From a virus, in the IMG/VR virus record IMGVR_UViG_3300045988_069295, positions 1-57,909 of that record: a DNA stretch of 57,909 bases; one strand, 5' to 3'. A model generated the notes under the pieces. The model saw only the letters and a program-made list of their open reading frames with translations. It was not told the origin of the DNA and did not search any database. The translations under genes and the position numbers were made by a program. Numbering within the stretch: the stretch's first letter is position 1; every line of letters begins with the position of its first letter. Below, piece after piece: positions 35,058 to 41,839 of the stretch.

Positions 35058-35186
35058 ATGATCCAGTTTTATGTAACTCAAATCAAGCTGCATCAGTTTG
35101 ACGGCGCTTTTACCATTGAGGATGTCCCTGCCCGCTGGCGGGCCCGCGTACAAGCTGCGCTGGACAAGGAGGCGCAGGATGGCTAA
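35058..35186 (+). CDS. XkdX-like mini-protein (42 aa)
   Basis: MIQFYVTQIKLHQFDGAFTIEDVPARWRARV...; AGGAGG RBS; canonical position before the lysis genes. Confidence 0.45.
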   Translation: MIQFYVTQIKLHQFDGAFTIEDVPARWRARVQAALDKEAQDG

Positions 35187-35279
35187 GCACATCATGGACG
35201 TTTCCCGCTGGCAGGGCCGCATCGACTGGGGCAAGGTCAAGGCAAGCGGCCTTGTCTCCGGCGTGATGCAGAAGACAAG
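35179..35279 (+). pseudogene. 5' fragment of a GH25 lysin gene (duplicate of the start of 31380..32066)
   Basis: MAKHIMDVSRWQGRIDWGKVKASGLVSGVMQK, after which the reading frame runs into unrelated sequence. Confidence 0.75.
35200..35269 (+). repeat. 70-bp perfect direct repeat, copy 2
   Basis: Identical to 31404..31473. Confidence 0.95.
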
Positions 35280-35316
35280 GCGGACGCTGAGGAAATTACA
35301 CTGTAAGGAGGATATC

Positions 35317-35595
35317 ATGGCAAGCACTACATACGACCATTTTGCCAACCCCGGCAAAATGTACGCCGCACGAGAGCAATTTCGTCACGTCACGAAAATG
35401 GTCTGTGGACGTTTTCGCGACCTCACGAAAACATACCATCTCGGCAACGCCAACGAAATGGTGACGTTTTGTCACCGGTTTGCCGTCATTGGCAATATGG
35501 TGCGCAACGCCGGACAGCTGCCGCAGCCCTTCTGGCTCGGTGCTGCCTGTGGCGGCGGCTCGCATAGTCTTTTCGCCAGCGTTGCAAGGACTTAA
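35317..35595 (+). CDS. possible 92-aa ORF in a recombination-junction region
   Basis: Strong AAGGAGG RBS 6 nt before the ATG, but the DNA is full of short repeats and hairpins (CGAAAA..TTTTCG, GTGAC..GTCAC). Confidence 0.3.
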   Translation: MASTTYDHFANPGKMYAAREQFRHVTKMVCGRFRDLTKTYHLGNANEMVTFCHRFAVIGNMVRNAGQLPQPFWLGAACGGGSHSLFASVART

Positions 35596-35773
35596 TGCAG
35601 AACAGATAAAAGCTGTGATAAAACGTGCGCCGCTTGGGAGGTATGACCGGAAAATCGCCCGGTTGCGGTACGTTGACCAGCTATGTCAAGTTGATATTGC
35701 AGCGCGTGTGCCGTATTGTCGGACATCAATCGGCAATAGGCTGAAAATTATTGATAAAATGCTGGATGTGTGA
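35582..35773 (+). CDS. sigma-70 region-4-like / DUF1492-like HTH fragment (start uncertain)
   Basis: ...RKIARLRYVDQLCQVDIAARVPYCRTSIGNRLKIIDKML; only TTG starts are available and there is no clear RBS. Confidence 0.4.
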   Translation: MQGLNAEQIKAVIKRAPLGRYDRKIARLRYVDQLCQVDIAARVPYCRTSIGNRLKIIDKMLDV

Positions 35774-35830
35774 TATACTATATATGCGAGACCGCACTGG
35801 TGTACACCCAGTGACGGTATAGTGTACAGG

Positions 35831-35870
35831 AAGCCAGCGGAAGAACGTTTACCCGCTGGCTTTTCTTTTT
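35831..35870 (+). terminator. strong rho-independent terminator closing the late/tail-lysis block
   Basis: AAGCCAGCGG / CCGCTGGCTT 10-bp stem followed by TTTCTTTTT. Confidence 0.85.
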
Positions 35871-35880
35871 GCACGAATTA

Positions 35881-35889
35881 TGGTATAAT
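35881..35889 (+). promoter_or_regulatory. extended -10 promoter element TGGTATAAT
   Basis: TG-N-TATAAT read directly; no good -35. Confidence 0.4.
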
Positions 35890-36027
35890 TATCTCAACAA
35901 ATCCTCCCGGCCTCTCGAAGAAGCGCATTATGGTGGATATTTGAAAGGCTACGGCCTTTGTAGAGAGCGGCATTGCCTGTGGACGGTTCCGCTCTTGATT
36001 TTAGACTTTGCCGTTTTGGCGGCATAA

Positions 36028-36098
36028 AATCCCCTGCTTTGCCGAAGCCCTGCGTTCCACGCGGGGTACTTTGTAGGCAAAGTGGGGGATTTTTTTTG
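36028..36098 (+). terminator. terminator/attenuator at the end of a roughly 200-nt structured leader or small RNA
   Basis: AATCCCC..CTTTGCC pairs with GGCAAAG..GGGGATT, with an inner hairpin, followed by T8. Confidence 0.6.
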
Positions 36099-36276
36099 CA
36101 AATAAACCGGCAAAACTTTCTATTTTGGCATCATTTTATATAAGTATATTTATATCTTTAAGTGCTCATGCGGATTTTTCCGTGTGTGCGCTTTTTCTTT
36201 TTGTCCTTCGTTTGACGTTCGTTGTCCTTCGCTTTTTGCCGGTGCGGTATACTGGGAGCAATAGGAGGGATGAACC

Positions 36277-36795
36277 ATGAGCTATTACCAAACACCCGGA
36301 GCACCCTATGTTCCGCAACAGCCTGTCAACCCTTACGGCGGTATGGGCACGGTAGGGCTTTCCACTCCCCTGCCAAACACGCAAGTACAGCAGATGCAGC
36401 AGCAGCGTCCGCAGCCGATGAATGGGCAACAGCCTGTTCAGCAGTCGGCACAGGATGGCGGCTGGCTGCTTGGCAGGCCTGTTTCCAGCAGGGAGGAATT
36501 TCTGGCAATACCGTCAGACCTGTACGGAAGACCGACTTACTGCCCAGACTTGCGCAGCGGCGTGATCTACTGCAAGCGGCTGAACCCGGACACCTGCGAA
36601 TCCTATGTGCAGGAGTTCTACAGCCCGGAAGCGTGGCGGCAGATACAGGCGCAACAGGCACAGCAGACCGCTGCACCGACACAGCAGTATGTGCCTATTG
36701 AAGAGTATAACGCCCTCGTCCACCGTCTGGATGAACTGGAAAAGTGGCAGAAGAGCTTTTCTAAGCCCGCTACCGCTACGAAGAAAGGAGAATAA
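36277..36795 (+). CDS. cargo operon protein 1: P/Q-rich N-terminus with a Cys-containing C-terminal domain
   Basis: AGGAGGG RBS; no family recognised. Confidence 0.6.
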   Translation: MSYYQTPGAPYVPQQPVNPYGGMGTVGLSTPLPNTQVQQMQQQRPQPMNGQQPVQQSAQDGGWLLGRPVSSREEFLAIPSDLYGRPTYCPDLRSGVIYCKRLNPDTCESYVQEFYSPEAWRQIQAQQAQQTAAPTQQYVPIEEYNALVHRLDELEKWQKSFSKPATATKKGE

Positions 36796-36797
36796 CA

Positions 36798-37049
36798 ATG
36801 TCCTCTCCGTTTGATCTGATTACTCACAGCCCTATCATGCAGCTTGCAAATCTGGCTCGCGCCGGACAAAACCCGATGGGGCTTATCCAGCAGTTAAGCG
36901 GGCAGAATGCTCCTATCATGCAGGGGCTGAACCTGATTCAGGGCAAGAACGAAGCGCAGCTCCGAACGATGGCGCAGAACCTCGCCAAAGAGCGCGGCAT
37001 CGACCTGAACCAGCTGGCAAGCGTCCTGAATTTGACGCTTCCGAGGTGA
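36798..37049 (+). CDS. cargo operon protein 2 (83 aa, helical)
   Basis: Abuts the upstream gene; no family recognised. Confidence 0.55.
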   Translation: MSSPFDLITHSPIMQLANLARAGQNPMGLIQQLSGQNAPIMQGLNLIQGKNEAQLRTMAQNLAKERGIDLNQLASVLNLTLPR

Positions 37050-37061
37050 GGAGGTTTTACA

Positions 37062-37223
37062 ATGAGCGATTTTGAAAACAGCCATCCCGAAAAAGATTTT
37101 GACATCAACAATCTGTGTGGCAATGACAAACTATGGGTTCCTTTGATGCTTGGCTTTATTTTCGGTGCTGCCAGCAAAAAGTGGGATGACCCGGAAGACG
37201 AAAAAAGCAATCCTCCAAGCTGA
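37062..37223 (+). CDS. cargo operon protein 3 (53 aa, single TM helix)
   Basis: GAGGAGG RBS; ...CGNDKLWVPLMLGFIFGAASKKW...; below the ORF-track cutoff. Confidence 0.5.
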   Translation: MSDFENSHPEKDFDINNLCGNDKLWVPLMLGFIFGAASKKWDDPEDEKSNPPS

Positions 37224-37363
37224 CTTAACAATCCTAAAATAGGCATCCCTCTAAGCGAAACGCTTCTCAGTTTTGCGGACTTGACAAAAACCGCATTTGT
37301 ATGGCTTCGCCCATCGCACACGGCGGTGGGATAGCATAACGCAAAACTGAAAGGAGTTTTGTT

Positions 37364-38236
37364 ATGGACGATTTTGCAACTGGCTATCTGGCTGGGCAGG
37401 ACGGCGGCAATAACAACGGCGGATTCTTCGGCAACGAAGGTCTGTGGGCTGTTATTATCCTCGCCATCATCTTCGGCTGGGGCACAAACGGCTACGGCCG
37501 GAACGGCGGTGACAACGGCATGAACAGCTACATCCCTTATCTGGTCGGCACTGGCGCAACCGGTCAGGGCGGTGCAGACACTCGTGCAGCTCTGTCTGAG
37601 GGCTTCTACCAGCAGGATACCTCCCGCTCTTTGGCGGGTATCCAGAGCGGTATCTGCTCTCTGGGCTATGACCAGCTGGCGCAGATCAATGGCCTCAACG
37701 CCAACATTGCAAACGGCTTTGCTGGCGTGAACAGCGCCATCTGTCAGCTTGGCTACCAGAACGCACAGCTCGTGAACGGTCTGGAACGCAGCGTGTCCAA
37801 CGGCGACAACGCCATCAACCTCGCTATCATGCAGGAAAGCAACGCACGGCAGGCTGGCCAGACCGCACTTGCGACGCAGTTGGCATCCTGCTGCTGCGAG
37901 AACAAGCAGCTGATCGGCGACCTGAAGTACACCATCGCAACGGAGGACTGCGCCACCCGGCAGGCCATCGCAGACAACGCCCGCGCCATCGTGGACAACT
38001 GCAACGCAAACTTCCGCAGCATGATGGACTACTTCACGCAGGATAAGATTGCCACTCTGACCGCTGAGAACCAGAGCTTGAAATTCGCCGCTTCTCAGGA
38101 TCGGCAGAATGCACTTCTGACCACTGCGATGAGCGCCCAGACCGATACCATCCTGAACCGCGTGAATCCTCGCCCGATTCCCGCTTATCAGGTGGCGAAC
38201 CCTAACGCTGGCGTGAACTGCTGCGGCTGCTACTAA
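37364..38236 (+). CDS. cargo operon protein 4: Gly/Asn-rich plus TM N-terminus, repeat-containing helical body and Cys-rich C-terminus
   Basis: NNNGGFFGNEGLWAVIILAIIFGWG; two ICxLGY..AQ.NGL repeats; SCCCE; ends NCCGCY; AAGGAG RBS. Confidence 0.65.
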   Translation: MDDFATGYLAGQDGGNNNGGFFGNEGLWAVIILAIIFGWGTNGYGRNGGDNGMNSYIPYLVGTGATGQGGADTRAALSEGFYQQDTSRSLAGIQSGICSLGYDQLAQINGLNANIANGFAGVNSAICQLGYQNAQLVNGLERSVSNGDNAINLAIMQESNARQAGQTALATQLASCCCENKQLIGDLKYTIATEDCATRQAIADNARAIVDNCNANFRSMMDYFTQDKIATLTAENQSLKFAASQDRQNALLTTAMSAQTDTILNRVNPRPIPAYQVANPNAGVNCCGCY

Positions 38237-38271
38237 CCAACACACTCCCCGATAACACCGGGTGAACCATC

Positions 38272-38306
38272 GGGGCAGGGGGATTCACCTCTGCCCCTGA
38301 TTTTTT
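38272..38306 (+). terminator. intra-operon terminator hairpin that competes with an upstream hairpin
   Basis: GGGGCAG / CTGCCCC plus TTTTTT. It shares G38272-38275 with the alternative hairpin CCCCGAT (38247..38253) / ATCGGGG (38269..38275). Confidence 0.5.
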
Positions 38307-38320
38307 AGGAGGAAAACATT

Positions 38321-38692
38321 ATGGCTTGCAAAACAAGCTGCCGCCTGTGCTCGCACCTCGTCATTTCGGACGCGGTGACATTTGCCAATGACACGCTGAC
38401 CATCAACCTCCCCGCTGGCGCATACCAGAACGGAGAGAAGTATTGCATCGTGGTTGCTCAGAGCATCCCGGACACGACCACCATCAACGCCCCTGTGGTC
38501 ATCACTATCGGCGCAGGCACTACCGCATATCCCTTGACCGACTGCAACTGTGCTCAGGCAACCGCCGAGAGCATCCACACCCGCACCCGCTACGCCACCC
38601 GCGTGGCAACGTCCGCTACCGGCACAGGCACGTTCAAGTATCTTGGCTGCTTCTGCCGCTCCCACGCTGGTGCGCCCGCGTCCATTTCCTAA
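38321..38692 (+). CDS. cargo operon protein 5: 123-aa beta-rich protein with Cys clusters at both ends
   Basis: MACKTSCRLCSHLVISDAV...DCNCAQ...LGCFCRS; AGGAGG RBS. Confidence 0.65.
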   Translation: MACKTSCRLCSHLVISDAVTFANDTLTINLPAGAYQNGEKYCIVVAQSIPDTTTINAPVVITIGAGTTAYPLTDCNCAQATAESIHTRTRYATRVATSATGTGTFKYLGCFCRSHAGAPASIS

Positions 38693-38705
38693 GGAGGTAT
38701 AGATT

Positions 38706-39344
38706 ATGGGCAAGACTAATTTTCGCCGCATGATGATGCTCCGTGACCACGACAAAAACCGTGAACCGGAACGTGACCGCCTTGAGGAAGAGCGTGACCG
38801 CAGGGAGCGTGAGCTGGAACGCCGTCTGCGTAAGCTGGAAGATGGCAACGACCGTTATCCCTACTATCCGCAGGAGGAGAACCGTTATATCGACCCCTAC
38901 CCTATCCCCCGCTACCCTGACATAGAGAATGGGCGCAGAATGCCGCAAATCGGCTTCTCGCAGAACGGAGACTGGGATAAACGGTCTAATCAGTATGAAC
39001 GTGGCGGAGCAGATAGCCGTTCCATCAAGATGCCACGCCAGCACCTCACCCATGATGAAGCGGAAGAATGGTGCGACAGCATGGTGAACGCTGACGGCAC
39101 AAAGGGCTGTCACTGGACGCTGGAACAGACGCAGGACGTTGCCAAACAGCGCAATATCACCTGTGACCCAAATGATTTCTGGGCTGTCATGAACATGATG
39201 TACTCGGATTATTGCCAGGTCGCAAAGCGTCAGTCTGTTGACACTCCGGGCTTCTACGCCGACATGGCAAAGGCGTTCCTTGAGGACGCAGATGCCACAG
39301 ATGGCAAGGCATATCTCTACTGGGATTGCATTGCTGATAAGTAA
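38706..39344 (+). CDS. cargo operon protein 6: Arg/Glu-rich N-terminus with a Cys-containing C-terminal domain
   Basis: ...EEWCDSMVNADGTKGCHW...MNMMYSDYCQVAK...YWDCIADK; AAGGAGG RBS. Confidence 0.65.
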   Translation: MGKTNFRRMMMLRDHDKNREPERDRLEEERDRRERELERRLRKLEDGNDRYPYYPQEENRYIDPYPIPRYPDIENGRRMPQIGFSQNGDWDKRSNQYERGGADSRSIKMPRQHLTHDEAEEWCDSMVNADGTKGCHWTLEQTQDVAKQRNITCDPNDFWAVMNMMYSDYCQVAKRQSVDTPGFYADMAKAFLEDADATDGKAYLYWDCIADK

Positions 39345-39348
39345 AGAA

Positions 39349-39394
39349 GAACCCCTGTGTAGTTTTTACCGACTACGCAGGGGTTCTTTTATTT
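39349..39394. terminator. bidirectional rho-independent terminator between convergent operons
   Basis: 15-bp stem GAACCCCTGTGTAGT / ACTACGCAGGGGTTC followed by TTTTATTT. Confidence 0.85.
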
Positions 39395-39946
39395 CCAAAG
39401 TACAGATTTGGCTTTTATGTCAAATAAGTCTTGTGGATGGAACACAAGGCTTTTATCAAGCTCAACTATGCCAACGATGGAGAATTTGCCGGGGACTTCT
39501 CGCTCGATTTTTGCCTTTGCTTCTTCTTTGTTGCTTGCAAACAAGACGAACGGAGTTTGGAAGTGTCTGCATTTTTCGTCATCATCGTACTGGATTTTGA
39601 CCCAATAAAAGTTTTCACCCACTACTTCTTTCGGTGTTAAGTGTTTTTTGACACTTGAGACATCGTAAGTGCAATACCCGATACACTGTGGGTTTCCGTA
39701 TTTCTCCATAAAATTGTCGTTCCCAATACGAGTTGCCAAAACCATGTGAACGTCTTTCCAACCAACACGGTCATCATTGACCGGTTTATCGTCCATAACA
39801 ATATCATCAGGGGCTATCACTTTCTTGCCAACCGCCAAATTCCAATTATTTGCAATATAATGTGTCATCTGATACCAGTTGTCAAATGTTTTTACTTCTT
39901 TCATGGCATCTTCCAAAGAGCCACGATGAGGTCTATAAACAATCAT
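39389..39946 (-). CDS. hypothetical protein (last gene of the par operon, AT-rich)
   Basis: 185-aa ORF; no family recognised. Confidence 0.6.
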   Translation of the reverse strand: MIVYRPHRGSLEDAMKEVKTFDNWYQMTHYIANNWNLAVGKKVIAPDDIVMDDKPVNDDRVGWKDVHMVLATRIGNDNFMEKYGNPQCIGYCTYDVSSVKKHLTPKEVVGENFYWVKIQYDDDEKCRHFQTPFVLFASNKEEAKAKIEREVPGKFSIVGIVELDKSLVFHPQDLFDIKAKSVLWK

Positions 39947-39949
39947 ACG

Positions 39950-40522
39950 TCAATCCTCCAAGAAATCCTCCAACTCAATCTTCCCGTCTGCCGCTGCAAC
40001 GGCTAGGGCGTAAACGAACTGTCCAATCGTCATTCCGTGCCGCCTTGCTTCACGGTTGATATACTTGCGCTCCTCCTCGCTCATAAGGATGGTAATGCGC
40101 TTTGAACGCTTGCCATCGCCACTTGCAACGCCCTGATGCGATTCCGGCATCGGGATTTTTTTCTTTGTCAAGCCAGCTTCGGCTAGTGCACCGTGAACAT
40201 CGCCTTGTTCGATAAGACGTTGAACTTCTTTCGCCTGCTTCAACTTTTTCGGCTTACTTTCGCTTACTACGGCATTGTTTGACTGTGTTTCGCTGTCTTT
40301 GGCTTGCTTCGGCTTAATACTGCTTAACTGCGCTTCATTAGGCTGTGCACGGCTGTATGTGGCTTCACTGTGCTTAATCTGTACTTGCTCGGCTTCGTTC
40401 GGCTTTGCTTGGCTTACTTCTTCTTCCTTTGGCTCACTTCGGCTTAATGTCTGTTCCGAAAAAATAGGCTGGAAATCAAACCCGCCAAGCAGACCCGTTG
40501 ATTTTTTGCTGGTTGATTTCAT
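39950..40522 (-). CDS. ribbon-helix-helix protein with a long disordered Lys/Glu/Ser/Gln-rich N-terminus (candidate centromere-binding ParG/ParR analogue)
   Basis: C-terminus RITILMSEEERKYINREARRHGMTIGQFVYALAV is an RHH pattern. Start ATG 40522 overlaps the upstream stop (ATGA). Confidence 0.6.
   Translation of the reverse strand: MKSTSKKSTGLLGGFDFQPIFSEQTLSRSEPKEEEVSQAKPNEAEQVQIKHSEATYSRAQPNEAQLSSIKPKQAKDSETQSNNAVVSESKPKKLKQAKEVQRLIEQGDVHGALAEAGLTKKKIPMPESHQGVASGDGKRSKRITILMSEEERKYINREARRHGMTIGQFVYALAVAAADGKIELEDFLED
40251..40450. repeat. Twenty consecutive 10-bp units with consensus GGCTTnnnnn, no indels
   Basis: 8 units start with GGCTT and 16 of 20 have GCT at unit positions 2-4. The array lies inside the region coding for the disordered tail of the RHH protein. 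Confidence 0.85.
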
Positions 40523-40731
40523 TCCTCTACAGCCTCCATTCGTGCGCCACAATTTGGGCAAAAATTGACTGTCCACATGGAGTTTTTTCTAAATACGGCC
40601 ATGCAGTTTGAACAACCAATGCCAGCTACATTCACCTGCGTCCCGCCATTATCTAAGTCGGTATAACTATAATTTGCTTGTTCCCAATGTGCAATTGGGC
40701 GTACAACATGTTCGGTTTTCTTTTTAGCCAT
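40519..40731 (-). CDS. 70-aa Zn-ribbon protein between parA and the RHH gene
   Basis: CSNC...CPNC; GGAGGGGG RBS; start overlaps the end of parA. Confidence 0.6.
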   Translation of the reverse strand: MAKKKTEHVVRPIAHWEQANYSYTDLDNGGTQVNVAGIGCSNCMAVFRKNSMWTVNFCPNCGARMEAVEE

Positions 40732-41497
40732 TTTTATCCCCCTCCACAATCATCTTCGCCAACGCCTTGAAATCCTCTGCGCTGGTACTCTTTGCCGTGT
40801 CGCCACTAAACAGGCTGTGACGCTCTGCCTGCGCCTTACGAACGCCCATAGACGGTCTAATCTTCACGTCCAACAGAGTTGTCCCCATGCTCTGTGCAAT
40901 CACAGGAAGCTGCTCCACAACCTCTTTGGACAGGTTCTCACGGCTCTTGTACTGGTTCAGAAGCAGACCTTCAATTTTCAATGTTGGATTGAAGTATCTG
41001 CGAACATCTCCGATGGTCTGCGAAAGCTGGCTCAAACCAGCTACAGAATATCGGTCAGGTGTCATCGGAACAATGGCACCATTCGATGCGATCAACGCAT
41101 TTACAAGCATAAGACCAAGCTGCGGGGGAGTGTCCAGCACAATGTAATCGTACTGCCCGGACACGCTTTCAAGGGCTTCTCGCAGCCGGAAGTTCTTGCC
41201 CATGTCTCGGACAAGCTGCTCGTCAATGTCCTTCAATGCGCTGTCGGACGGAAGAATGTCACCAGCTTCGCAGTGCTGGATTCCTTCCTCTACCGTACCC
41301 TGCCGGGTCATCACATCAAACAGGGTACATACGTCCTCTGTCTTTGCGCCGTAGGTGTCCGTTGCATTGCACTGGGCATCGCAGTCCACCAGCAAAACTT
41401 TCTTGCCAAGCAACTGTAACGCACCAGCCAGACAGGTGCTTGTGGTGGTCTTTCCTGTGCCGCCCTTCTGGTTGGCGACAGCTACGATTTTTGCCAT
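40724..41497 (-). CDS. parA: ParA-family partition ATPase (short, type Ib-like)
   Basis: MAKIVAVANQKGGTGKTTT deviant Walker A; VLLVDCDAQ; 257 aa. Confidence 0.9.
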   Translation of the reverse strand: MAKIVAVANQKGGTGKTTTSTCLAGALQLLGKKVLLVDCDAQCNATDTYGAKTEDVCTLFDVMTRQGTVEEGIQHCEAGDILPSDSALKDIDEQLVRDMGKNFRLREALESVSGQYDYIVLDTPPQLGLMLVNALIASNGAIVPMTPDRYSVAGLSQLSQTIGDVRRYFNPTLKIEGLLLNQYKSRENLSKEVVEQLPVIAQSMGTTLLDVKIRPSMGVRKAQAERHSLFSGDTAKSTSAEDFKALAKMIVEGDKNG

Positions 41498-41512
41498 TTT
41501 ATCACTCTTTCT

Positions 41513-41779
41513 TTATTCGTATATCGGCATTTCTGCCCACGCTACCACTCTTGCAATAAAGCAAGCGTCCGAAGAAATGTTCAATCTCTGAAACGATGTG
41601 CTTACAAATTCGCCTTTTTCAATAAACGCTGCGACTGTGTTTGTTGCCGTTATAGAGTCATCTTTCAAATAGGCCGTTTTTACCGAACACAAGAACCGAC
41701 CTTTCGTTCTTTCAATGATTTCTGGTGTTGGCATCCCATCATCTTTAACGGAATACCACACAATTTTCTGCTTCTTCAT
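41513..41779 (-). CDS. DUF551-like protein
   Basis: KIVWYSVKDDGMPTPE...VVAWAEMPIYE; AGGAG-type RBS. Confidence 0.5.
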   Translation of the reverse strand: MKKQKIVWYSVKDDGMPTPEIIERTKGRFLCSVKTAYLKDDSITATNTVAAFIEKGEFVSTSFQRLNISSDACFIARVVAWAEMPIYE

Positions 41780-41839
41780 ACCGCTCCTTTCTGCTTTATC
41801 TGCCCACTTTGCTCATTCTGCATAATGTGCTGTATTTGA

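Noticed and set aside
35098-35595. 165-aa ORF as an intact second lysin
   Set aside because: Only about 32 residues match the GH25 N-terminus, and the rest is unrelated. I treat it as a lysin 5' fragment fused by reading frame to junction sequence.
38285-38848. 187-aa Arg/Ser-rich - strand ORF
   Set aside because: It is antisense to two well-supported + strand genes, has low-complexity composition and has no RBS.
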